IMG/VR virus record: IMGVR_UViG_3300031134_000466
Length of the DNA: 64,000 nucleotides
Reading direction: 5' to 3' (one strand)
Source: a virus
Taxonomy: Duplodnaviria; Heunggongvirae; Uroviricota; Caudoviricetes
The notes beneath the pieces are model-generated. The model was not told the origin of the DNA, searched no databases, and saw only the letters and a list, made by a program, of their open reading frames with translations. Shown here piece after piece: positions 55,747-64,000 of the stretch (position 1 is its first letter; each line of letters begins with the position of its first letter). The position numbers were made by a program, and so were the translations under genes.

Positions 55747-56412
55747 ATGAAGAACACATACGGAATTCTCGGCGGATATGGGGCGGTAGCCACCCTACAT
55801 CTCCAGCAGCTGCTCGTGAAGCGAGTCCTCAGCACTGGACAGTACGCTGATATTGCCTTCCCTCGTATGGTAATTTCCAATCTGCCTGAAGACATCATCA
55901 ATGCTGAAGGACATATCAGCAGCCTTGGTAGCCTGCGGACTGAACTTGGTAAAACAGCTCCTCTATTCCAAGGAGCCACAGATGTTTATGTCATTTGTAA
56001 CACCTTCCATGTCGAAGAAGAGTTCATGCAGCGAGTCTTCGCTAACAAACTACATTCTGTTCCGGCTTTAACCAGTCAAGCTGTCGTAGATGCTGGATAC
56101 TCCAAACCTCTTATCGTAGGTTCCAAGCTGACTTCTCAGGATAACCTGTACAGTCATACAGCTTACACCTCAACTAACATGTTTGCGGATGAGCTAATCA
56201 CTGCTGGAATGAAGTACCAGACATCTCACTCTCAGCTGGCAGATGTCATAGCTGCTGCCAAACAGGCTAGCTCAGACTGCATTGTTTTAGGTTGCACAGA
56301 TTTGTCCGTGATGGCTGACACTCTCCGAACCATGACTGCACTTCCCGTAATCGACTCCGTTGAAGCAGTCGCCAACCATATTTACAACTCCCATACGAAA
56401 GATGAATCGTGA
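55747..56412 (+). CDS. Asp/Glu/hydantoin racemase-family protein
   Basis: N-terminal ILGGYGAVATLH (GGMG-type motif) and second-half VLGCTDLS (GCTE-type) with the two catalytic-Cys-region positions. Confidence 0.65.
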   Translation: MKNTYGILGGYGAVATLHLQQLLVKRVLSTGQYADIAFPRMVISNLPEDIINAEGHISSLGSLRTELGKTAPLFQGATDVYVICNTFHVEEEFMQRVFANKLHSVPALTSQAVVDAGYSKPLIVGSKLTSQDNLYSHTAYTSTNMFADELITAGMKYQTSHSQLADVIAAAKQASSDCIVLGCTDLSVMADTLRTMTALPVIDSVEAVANHIYNSHTKDES

Positions 56413-57374
56413 AAGTCTACAACGACACAGTAACCATGACTGCAGAGCTGGCTCAGACCTTAGAGCAATTGAGAGCTGTGCGGGCTTTTGACGCTACAGA
56501 ATGGATTGAGCGTAAGGTTGTCCTAATCAACCAGTACTTCGCTCAGAACAAGCTCTCAGGGGCTGTAGTAGGTGTTTCTGGTGGCATCGACTCAGCTGTA
56601 GCCCTTTCACTTCTTGTCAAAGCATCCCAGCAAGACAACAGCCCAATTCAGAAGATTGTCCCTCTTCTACTTCCTGCTCTTTCTTACGAAGGTGCAACTA
56701 ACCAAGACGGGGCAGTTCAGCAGGCTACTGACCTATGCCAGAACCTTGGACTGAAGCCAGCTGTTTTCACTAAGCTCACATCTCTTTCCCAAGTGATTAC
56801 TTCTGAACTGGAAGACATTCTGGACATCAAATCAACAGACTGGGCTAAAGGACAGCTAGTGGCTTACACCAGAACCCCAGTCCTGTACAACACCTGCTCA
56901 ATCCTTACTGACGCCGGCTACCCTGCACTGGTTGTAGGAACCACAAACCTTTCCGAAGGTGGATACCTCGGTTATGTCGGAAAAGCTTCAGATGGTATGG
57001 TTGACCTGCAAGTAATTTCTGATTTGTACAAGTCAGAAGTGTACAAAGTCGCAGCTTTACTTGAAGTTCCTGAAAGCGTTATGAAAGCTACTCCTACAGG
57101 GGACATGTACGACGGTCGTGAAGATGAAACAGTTTTCGGAGCTTCTTACGACTTCGTAGAGCTGTTTCATCTATGGCTACAGGCACGCAGCGTCCCATTG
57201 AAACTTCTTCGAGATGCCCACTTTGTCACAGGAGCTAAAAACCTGCAAAAACTGCACGACTACAACGCACATAAGTACACCTACGGAACTCCATCCATTC
57301 ACCTGGACATTATGAACGCAGCAATCCCAAACGGATGGAACAATCAGCCTTGGAGGCCCCAGAATGGCAACTAA
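56409..57374 (+). CDS. Divergent NAD+ synthetase (NadE)-like PP-loop amidotransferase
   Basis: PP-loop VGVSGGIDSAVA; GTTNLSEGGYLGYVGKASDGMVDLQVISDLYKSEVYKVA matches NadE GT.N.SE...GY.TKYGDG..D..P; 4-nt overlap with upstream gene. Confidence 0.7.
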   Translation: MKVYNDTVTMTAELAQTLEQLRAVRAFDATEWIERKVVLINQYFAQNKLSGAVVGVSGGIDSAVALSLLVKASQQDNSPIQKIVPLLLPALSYEGATNQDGAVQQATDLCQNLGLKPAVFTKLTSLSQVITSELEDILDIKSTDWAKGQLVAYTRTPVLYNTCSILTDAGYPALVVGTTNLSEGGYLGYVGKASDGMVDLQVISDLYKSEVYKVAALLEVPESVMKATPTGDMYDGREDETVFGASYDFVELFHLWLQARSVPLKLLRDAHFVTGAKNLQKLHDYNAHKYTYGTPSIHLDIMNAAIPNGWNNQPWRPQNGN

Positions 57375-58104
57375 ATTCGTAAACCAAGTCAACTTCGAAA
57401 TCCCTACTGTTGCTCACACAGTTCAAGTGAGACCGTTCCCTGAACTTGACCGTACAGCGGTAGTGATTCCTGAACTCGTCCCTGCCGAGGAAAAAGTCAG
57501 TATCATGGCAGCGTTGGAAGACTCCAACTGGCAGCCAGTGTCAGTGACAGGAATGTCAGGAAACTGGAAAGAAGGTGACCCTATTGGTTCTTACCGTGCT
57601 TCCAACTACACTCCTGAGTATGCTGAAGTTCTGTGGAACAGAATCAAACACGGTTTCCCTACTGTACGCACATTCACAGATGCTGATAACACCGACTTCG
57701 ATGGTCATGAGCTGTGGGAACCCATTGGCGTGTCACCTCTTCTTCGATTCATCAAATATGAAGAAGGCGGCTGGCTTGTAGTTCATTACGATGCTCCGTA
57801 TGTCGAATCAGAAGATGTTCGCACACTCCAAAGCCTTGTCGTATATCTGGAACACCCAGGTGAACTTCACGGAGGAGCAACCCGCTACCTTCATGACCCT
57901 CAGGCTCATCTTCCTGTTACTCAGCGTGAACTCAACGACGAATACCGTGCTGCTGAAGAAGATGAAGTGAGACTCCGCTTCGCTCCTGAAGATGGAACAG
58001 CTGTAGTCTTCGACCACCGCCTTCTGCATGACGCTGAAAAGGTCACAGGAACTGGCACAAAAACAATCATTCGAACAGACATTATGTACAGGAAAGTACG
58101 ATGA
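57364..58104 (+). CDS. 2OG-Fe(II) oxygenase-superfamily-like protein
   Basis: HYDAPY (HxD) and downstream His (LEHPGELHGG) with distal RxS-like region; weak call. Confidence 0.4.
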   Translation: MATKFVNQVNFEIPTVAHTVQVRPFPELDRTAVVIPELVPAEEKVSIMAALEDSNWQPVSVTGMSGNWKEGDPIGSYRASNYTPEYAEVLWNRIKHGFPTVRTFTDADNTDFDGHELWEPIGVSPLLRFIKYEEGGWLVVHYDAPYVESEDVRTLQSLVVYLEHPGELHGGATRYLHDPQAHLPVTQRELNDEYRAAEEDEVRLRFAPEDGTAVVFDHRLLHDAEKVTGTGTKTIIRTDIMYRKVR

Positions 58105-59624
58105 ATTTAGACAGATACTTCCAGGCTCTTTACGAAAGAACCAATAGTAAGCAGGACTTAGTAACAGCAGGTTGGATTGAAAACAAGCCGCTACGCATCA
58201 ACCCGCATGTGCGATTCTACACAACCCCTCTGCAAGCTATTCGTGACGCGGGCAAAAAGGACGTATCTGTCTTGTTCTACCCTGGTTGTTTCGCTCCAGT
58301 CCATGAAGGTCACCTTGGGGCTATGAGGCTGGCCAAAGAAGCAATTGAAACCCAGACAGGCGAGACTGTAGCTGCAGGCTATTTCACCCCTGACCATGAT
58401 AACTACATCATGCGTAAAACTCATGACGAACGTTTCATCGCACCTAACCGCATCGCTCTTCTCCATGAAGCAGTAGAAAATGAACCCTGGATGCAGGTGG
58501 ACGACTGGGCTTCACTGTACGCTCCCACTGATTTGAACTTCACAACACTATATGACAGGTTCAACCTTTACCTGAAGCGTTGGTTACCTGACTTGAACAT
58601 CAAGCTGTACATGGTTTTTGGTGGAGACAACTACATGTTTGCGAACAGTTTCACTGAATACGGACACGGTGTTTGTGTGCCAAGAGAAGGAGCTCAGATG
58701 GACTTGAGCTTAGTTCACCCTGATGCCAAAAAGCGGGTTATTTTCAGCGAAAAAGTCTGTACAGACCATTCTTCTACAGCTGCACGAGCAGCAAACCCTG
58801 GAGCTATCGATATCCACGGCAGAAGTGCATTAGGTTCCACCTATGTACTTCGTGAAGACTTGGACTTAGCTTTCCGAGAGAACCCTACTACTTACTCGAA
58901 CAAAATTATTGCTGACTCTGTAGCTATTCTTTTGCAGGCGCATGTGCCGTACGAGAAAGTCAAAGTGAAAAGAGTTCCCATTATCAGGCAGATGGCTAAC
59001 CATACTGAGACAGAGAATGTGATTTCCTTAGACTGTTTCTGGAAAGCAGAGCAGAACCTTGAAATTTCTCGCCTGTTTTCAACTGGAGGCAGTCAGCACC
59101 ATGCCATCAAATACGTCAACCGTCCTGGCTCGCCGGCTCTTCAAGAGCAGGTAGAAGCAATTCCTGCTGGAGTGTACACTCTCGTAGATGATGACATTGC
59201 TACTGGGGAGACAATGAGTTTTGTTTCCAACATGCTGGAAACGCACGATGTTGTTGTTGATAAGCAGGACAGCCTGATTTCCGAGCTGGGTTCTGACTTG
59301 TACGATGTAGTTGATTTGCGAGACTTTGTTCTTGGAACCGAACACGGCGGACTGACGGTTGCAACTCCTACAGGAGAAACGACAAGAATGCCTTACATCG
59401 CTCCTTATGTGAATCTTGTAAGCCGTGCTCGCATTAACCCTGACCGGGTGTTCAGTTTCTCCACCGAACTGTGGAAATTGAACTATGCACTTTACCGTAA
59501 TACGAAAACTACAGTAGGTGACATCAAAGAACATCAGGACTTCACCATGTTCGGTTTTGCCGAAGACATGACAGTGGCTGACTTGTGCCAAAAGCATCTT
59601 CAATTGATGACTGAATTGCAGTAA
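58101..59624 (+). CDS. Bifunctional NMN/NaMN adenylyltransferase (NadM-type) fused to a type I phosphoribosyltransferase-like domain
   Basis: Nucleotidyltransferase (H/T)xGH motif FYPGCFAPVHEGH and C-terminal SSTAARA motif; second domain with PRPP-binding loop VYTLVDDDIATGETM. Confidence 0.7.
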   Translation: MNLDRYFQALYERTNSKQDLVTAGWIENKPLRINPHVRFYTTPLQAIRDAGKKDVSVLFYPGCFAPVHEGHLGAMRLAKEAIETQTGETVAAGYFTPDHDNYIMRKTHDERFIAPNRIALLHEAVENEPWMQVDDWASLYAPTDLNFTTLYDRFNLYLKRWLPDLNIKLYMVFGGDNYMFANSFTEYGHGVCVPREGAQMDLSLVHPDAKKRVIFSEKVCTDHSSTAARAANPGAIDIHGRSALGSTYVLREDLDLAFRENPTTYSNKIIADSVAILLQAHVPYEKVKVKRVPIIRQMANHTETENVISLDCFWKAEQNLEISRLFSTGGSQHHAIKYVNRPGSPALQEQVEAIPAGVYTLVDDDIATGETMSFVSNMLETHDVVVDKQDSLISELGSDLYDVVDLRDFVLGTEHGGLTVATPTGETTRMPYIAPYVNLVSRARINPDRVFSFSTELWKLNYALYRNTKTTVGDIKEHQDFTMFGFAEDMTVADLCQKHLQLMTELQ

Positions 59625-59641
59625 GATGATAGACATGATGC

Positions 59642-60238
59642 ATGCTTGAAATACTTACAGCGGTAGGTCTTGCTTTAGCGGCAGGGTTGAACGCTTACAT
59701 TCCTCTGATTGCTGTCAGTTTGTTATCAAAGTTCACTGATTTTTTCACTCTTCCAGGAAACTGGTCATGGATGGAAGACAACTGGACATTAGCGATCTTG
59801 ATTGCTTTAGCTTTAGTAGAGTTCTTTGCTGACAAAATAGCTGCAGTTGACTCGTTGAATGATGTCATCCAAACAGCAGTCCGTCCAACATCAGGCGGAT
59901 TGCTGTTTGCTGCAGGTACCCATGTAACAGATGTTCCTGTGACTCAGATTAGTAATTTTGTGAGTTCTCCAGGCTTTCCTATGTTCATCATTGGTTTGAC
60001 TGTTGCTTTGCTTCCTCATTTGATGAAGATGTTCATCAGGCCGCTTATTAACGCAACGATGAGTGGAATGGTGACACCCATTGTCAGTTTTGGTGAAAAC
60101 ATTCTTACAGTAGGTTTGGTTGCTATGGCTATATTCATTCCAGTGCTGGTACCAGTAGCAGTAATACTGGTCATTGTTATAGGAGTACGGATTTTCCGAA
60201 ACCTCACCGCGAAAAAGAGTAAAACAGCAACAGCCTGA
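59642..60238 (+). CDS. DUF4126-like membrane protein
   Basis: LALAAGLNAYIPLIAVSLL ... LVEFFADKIAAVDSLNDVIQTAVRPTSGGL matches the DUF4126 pattern from memory. Confidence 0.45.
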   Translation: MLEILTAVGLALAAGLNAYIPLIAVSLLSKFTDFFTLPGNWSWMEDNWTLAILIALALVEFFADKIAAVDSLNDVIQTAVRPTSGGLLFAAGTHVTDVPVTQISNFVSSPGFPMFIIGLTVALLPHLMKMFIRPLINATMSGMVTPIVSFGENILTVGLVAMAIFIPVLVPVAVILVIVIGVRIFRNLTAKKSKTATA

Positions 60239-60330
60239 AGTTGTTCCGATAGACTGAGTTAGCATGCTTAGCATGTCTGCCCTGGCAGTAAACCAGTTTA
60301 TTCGATTTAGACAACAAAGGAGTACCTATC

Positions 60331-61548
60331 ATGGTGCAAAAACCAGAACGCGGGCGTTACTTAGAGCTTGAAGGTGTACGTGTTTCGTATAAACACAAAG
60401 ATGATTCCATCCACCTCACAGCAACAGACCCAGATGTTCCTCAGATAAACATCACCCTAAACAAAGGGACAGCGACAGAAGATTCGCTTAGAGATTTGCT
60501 CGTAGAGTACGGTTTAATTAGAGAATCAGAGTCTAATGCTGTTACCGAAATGGAACCTATCCCATATTACGCGGGTAACCCATTCTCAGCATTGCTGGCA
60601 GAATCACATATCCCGTCAGACAGAGCCAAGAACATTCTTCTTACAGGACAGCCAGGTTCAGGTAAAACCGTGGCCGCATCCTATGCAGCATTTCTTGCAC
60701 AAGGAATGAACATGCCTACTTTCGTCATGGGGCTTGCAGTTGACTATCTGAAAACGCTCAATGAAGACACCCAGGTTCTGATGCTGACAAAAATGGAATC
60801 AGGCTACCTGAATCCATTCAAAACAAAAATGTCAACAGAGCAGATTCTTCACTTTATCAACACTTTGACACTTCCAAGAGATGCTTACTATCAAGCACGA
60901 GCAAACCAGACGATAACAACACTCATCAAACAACAGTATGAAACTAAGCAGCCTTCATTGACTGGACTGCTACAAGTAATCAGCAAGTATGAAGAACTCC
61001 AATATGAAACAGCTGCTCTTTCCCATTTGGGTCTTAGCCCTGTAGGAGCTCCATTCTTTGGATACTCAGAGAACGTATTAGTGATTGATCCTGACAAGGA
61101 TTATGTCTTTGATGCCGCTGAAGTTCCGCTTGTAGCACCAGTAGAAGCATTGGACACTACTCAGGCAAGACAGAACACTGCAATCATTCAAGCAGTGTTC
61201 CATTTTGTTAGACAGCATTCACGACCAAGTAGTCAACCAAAAATGCTGATTGTCGACGGGAGGAATTACCAGTATGTTACTGAACTGAACCAGCTCAGTA
61301 GGTTAGCCCGAAGCCTAAATTTGGTTATGCTCACAGTAGGTGAACTTGAAGAAAATAACAGTCAATACTCTGACTTCATGGCTTACCGCTCTTCAACCGC
61401 AGAGACATCTGAACTTTTTGGTAAAAGGCTTGACACGCTTTCTTCAGGTCAATCTTATTGGAGAAACGAAGACGGAGAGGTCTTCTTTGTCCCTCGACCT
61501 ACCCTTCCAGCATCGTTTGCAAGAATTTTTGACACAATACCCAGATAA
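60331..61548 (+). CDS. P-loop NTPase of unknown function
   Basis: Walker A LLTGQPGSGKTVAAS; Walker B-like LIVIDPD/MLIVDG. Confidence 0.45.
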   Translation: MVQKPERGRYLELEGVRVSYKHKDDSIHLTATDPDVPQINITLNKGTATEDSLRDLLVEYGLIRESESNAVTEMEPIPYYAGNPFSALLAESHIPSDRAKNILLTGQPGSGKTVAASYAAFLAQGMNMPTFVMGLAVDYLKTLNEDTQVLMLTKMESGYLNPFKTKMSTEQILHFINTLTLPRDAYYQARANQTITTLIKQQYETKQPSLTGLLQVISKYEELQYETAALSHLGLSPVGAPFFGYSENVLVIDPDKDYVFDAAEVPLVAPVEALDTTQARQNTAIIQAVFHFVRQHSRPSSQPKMLIVDGRNYQYVTELNQLSRLARSLNLVMLTVGELEENNSQYSDFMAYRSSTAETSELFGKRLDTLSSGQSYWRNEDGEVFFVPRPTLPASFARIFDTIPR

Positions 61549-61590
61549 TACCTGCCAAACACACAGGTTATCTCATGGTAGAATAGTTAA

Positions 61591-62238
61591 ATGAACACCA
61601 TCCAGTTCCACGCCCAACACGGTGAAGACCCAAACACTGTAACTATTCAGCCCAGTGAAAGTAGCAAGTTTGCTGACATTATCAACAATATAGGTAAAGC
61701 TTTTCTTCAGCCTGCCTGGAATCAAGACATCCTTCGTAAAGCAATAGCAGCAGAGAACTCTCTTTCGCAAGAGACAAGAGATATAGTGCGCTGGGCTGAA
61801 CAGTTCACCACTAAGTTCAATAACAAGGAATTCAACCTTGTTGTAGAAGAGCAGGTATTGGATAGTTACAGTATCAACTTGAACACAGTGCAAAGCGTTG
61901 GCAACAACAGTATGAAACTCCTTGCCAGGCTTCACCATGCGACCCGAATGTGGATTGCTGTAGAAGATACAGACTGGGTAGCAGATATCATCCAAGATGC
62001 CCACCCCGACATCTTTCAGAAGGACAAAGGCTGGCTGGATGTCATCAATCTTCTCAGACAGAATCATGCTGTCCCTGTCATTGTCACCAGTAATAACAAC
62101 AGTTGGAATTGGAACACAGATAAGGCTGAAGAGTTGACGTTTGAACAGCAGCTCACTCCGCACACATGGGAAAGTTACATGTATGGGCACGGATATGATG
62201 CATTGGCAGTCGTTCGAAAACTTTCTCAAAGGAAATAG
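61591..62238 (+). CDS. Hypothetical protein
   Basis: ORF only. Confidence 0.45.
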   Translation: MNTIQFHAQHGEDPNTVTIQPSESSKFADIINNIGKAFLQPAWNQDILRKAIAAENSLSQETRDIVRWAEQFTTKFNNKEFNLVVEEQVLDSYSINLNTVQSVGNNSMKLLARLHHATRMWIAVEDTDWVADIIQDAHPDIFQKDKGWLDVINLLRQNHAVPVIVTSNNNSWNWNTDKAEELTFEQQLTPHTWESYMYGHGYDALAVVRKLSQRK

Positions 62239-62312
62239 TCACAAAAACGTGCTTTTTCGTCAATATGACGATATACTGTAATAAGAATGGTCTAAGGAAG
62301 GAAACCCGTATC

Positions 62313-63158
62313 ATGACCAAGCTCCAGAAACAGATTATTAACACTCTTGGGGTAAAACCCGTCATCAATGCCGAACAGGAGCTACGCACTCGTGTAGATT
62401 TCCTCAAAGACTTCACCCGTAATGCTGGCACCAGAGGATTTGTACTTGGAATCAGTGGTGGACAGGACTCTGCTCTTGCCGGCTACATTGCACAGACAGC
62501 TGTCCGTGAACTCCGCGACGAGACGGGTGAGAACTACCAGTTCTTAGCTCTTCTTCTTCCTTACGGGACTCAGAAAGACGCTGATGATGCAATCACCATC
62601 GCCCGTGACTTCATCAAGGCTGACCAGGTAATTGAGTACAACATCAAGCCTGCAGTGGATGCTTTCACTGACCAGTACAATGACATCGCTGGCTGGTCAG
62701 GCGATGAAGCTGATAACCTCAGCGATTACCATAAAGGTAACGTCAAAGCCCGCACCCGTGCCGTAACACAGTACGCTTACGCTGGTACCCATCAGCTGCT
62801 TGTTGTAGGTACAGACCATGCTGCTGAGGCAGTATCAGGCTTCTTCACCAAGTTCGGTGACGGTGCAGCTGACGTTCTCCCTTTGAGCGGTTTGAACAAA
62901 CGTCAGGGCAAAGAGCTTCTTCGCTTGGCAGGTGCTCCCGAGTTCGTCATCACCAAAGCTCCCACAGCGGACCTTCTGGACAACAAAGCAGGTCAGGCTG
63001 ATGAGACTGAGCTGGGTATTACATACGATGTTCTTGACGACTACCTTGAAGGTAAAGATGTCAATGTAGTTGCAGCTCAGAAAATTGAACTGCGTTACCT
63101 GATGACAGAACACAAGCGTCAACTCCCAGTTGACCCTGCAGCAACATGGTGGAAGTGA
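62313..63158 (+). CDS. nadE: NH3-dependent NAD+ synthetase
   Basis: Near-collinear with E. coli NadE from the N-terminus ([34 protein letters not shown]...[13 protein letters not shown]); ATG 62313 with AAGGAAGG RBS. Confidence 0.9.
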   Translation: MTKLQKQIINTLGVKPVINAEQELRTRVDFLKDFTRNAGTRGFVLGISGGQDSALAGYIAQTAVRELRDETGENYQFLALLLPYGTQKDADDAITIARDFIKADQVIEYNIKPAVDAFTDQYNDIAGWSGDEADNLSDYHKGNVKARTRAVTQYAYAGTHQLLVVGTDHAAEAVSGFFTKFGDGAADVLPLSGLNKRQGKELLRLAGAPEFVITKAPTADLLDNKAGQADETELGITYDVLDDYLEGKDVNVVAAQKIELRYLMTEHKRQLPVDPAATWWK

Positions 63159-63173
63159 CCCTCTACTGAACAA

Positions 63174-63224
63174 TAGCGTTAGTGCTACAACTCCGTGTGA
63201 TATGGATTTGTAGCACTAACGCTA
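63174..63224 (+). terminator. 17-bp stem with 19-nt loop after nadE
   Basis: tagcgttagtgctacaa ... ttgtagcactaacgcta. Confidence 0.4.
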
Positions 63225-63269
63225 CTTAATGGGTGTGTCAACTAAGTGTGGGCTACTCTTGAATAGAGA

Positions 63270-63632
63270 ATGCTGTTACCTACAATTCGAGGTAGCAAAG
63301 TTGACAAGTTGAGCAAAGGTAAAAACGTGGACAGTTACATCTTTTGGAGAGTGTCCAACTCAGAAGACAATATCTCATGGATAGCCGCTCAAGAAGATTT
63401 TGGTGAACACCGAATTTTCGTGTGGGTAGGCAATACAAGACTTTGGCATCATCACGACGATTTGGAAAATGATTTCTATAACCGTGACAGAATAATGACC
63501 TACCTAAGGATCACTGCTGAAGAAGTAAATAGTCAGCTACCGTTCCAAGCATTGTTTGGTGAACGAACTGAGTGGATTTTGGACATTCTAAAGCAAGCTC
63601 CTGTTCGAACACATCAAGAAATAGGGTTATAA
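63270..63632 (+). CDS. Hypothetical protein
   Basis: ORF only. Confidence 0.4.
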   Translation: MLLPTIRGSKVDKLSKGKNVDSYIFWRVSNSEDNISWIAAQEDFGEHRIFVWVGNTRLWHHHDDLENDFYNRDRIMTYLRITAEEVNSQLPFQALFGERTEWILDILKQAPVRTHQEIGL

Positions 63633-63655
63633 CAATTTGACTTACTTTCAACTGA

Positions 63656-63973
63656 ATGGTAGAATCAGATATGACTATCAATATTGCTATTAACAGTCCC
63701 CTTACCGAGAACTATTCTTTGGATCAGAAGAACGCTTTAGCTAAACAAATTCTTGCTTTGATTGAAGCCAACAAAATCGATTTTGTCACCACTGTTGGAG
63801 AAGCTCGTCCTTACATTGGTCGGAATATCAGCATGTGGAGTTTTTCTGGGAACGATATTGAAGGTGTCCTGGAGCAGGTTGGATTCTCCGCTCAGGATAA
63901 TCGAGACTACGTTGTCGTAGACGGTAAAACTCATTACACTATCAAATCTTTCCCTATTACTGTAAAGCCTTAG
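63656..63973 (+). CDS. Hypothetical protein
   Basis: ORF only. Confidence 0.4.
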   Translation: MVESDMTINIAINSPLTENYSLDQKNALAKQILALIEANKIDFVTTVGEARPYIGRNISMWSFSGNDIEGVLEQVGFSAQDNRDYVVVDGKTHYTIKSFPITVKP

Positions 63974-64000
63974 CCTGGAGTCCCCTACCCTCATCATGAT

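Overview
The window is a gene-dense region of about 64 kb and roughly 45-48% GC. About 70 protein genes sit on both strands, separated by short intergenic gaps that often hold long perfect palindromes at convergent gene ends. I saw no rRNA, tRNA, CRISPR array, transposase or integrase, and no recognisable capsid, tail or terminase genes.

The content looks like the auxiliary, host-takeover part of a large dsDNA phage or similar mobile element of a Gram-positive, probably actinobacterial, host. Host clues are a DnaK nearly collinear with mycobacterial DnaK, an LAxTG sortase-E-type surface protein, signs of leaderless mRNA, and a DUF318/TIGR03943 permease pair.

Recognisable genes include:
- a T4-like nucleotide and nucleic-acid toolkit: RNR small subunit, dCMP deaminase, MazG, a T4 gp1-like dNMP kinase fused to a C5-cytosine methyltransferase interrupted by a LAGLIDADG intein, RNase H, polynucleotide kinase-phosphatase, two RNA ligases, an EEP nuclease, a NucS-like nuclease, and a YqaJ+DnaQ double exonuclease;
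- a SNF2 helicase and a DnaB-C-terminal-like protein with a degenerate Walker A;
- an ABC-2 exporter, signal peptidase I and a Wzy_C (O-antigen-ligase/PglL-like) membrane protein.

The most unusual content is an NAD+/ADP-ribosylation arsenal:
- three R-S-E mono-ADP-ribosyltransferases and one HAD phosphatase that share a short N-terminal Cys-x-(P)KP-x-RCS-x-H module;
- a WGR-domain PARP with an intact H-Y-E triad, behind a near-consensus promoter that implies a leaderless transcript;
- a translationally coupled operon of an Asp/Glu-racemase-family protein, a divergent NadE-like synthetase, a 2OG-Fe(II) oxygenase-like protein and an NMNAT-PRTase fusion, followed by a DUF4126 membrane protein, a P-loop ATPase, a hypothetical protein and an E. 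coli-like NadE.

A second unusual system is a three-member family of TadE/pilin-like proteins. They share a near-identical N-terminal hydrophobic anchor domain, Pro/Thr/Gly linkers and unrelated C-terminal tips (one with BspA/DUF285 repeats). Each follows a conserved TTATCCCC leader motif, and two candidate processing genes (signal peptidase I and the Wzy_C protein) lie between the copies.

All coordinates of non-CDS features are approximate to +/- 2 nt. All homology statements come from reading motifs by eye and not from database searches.
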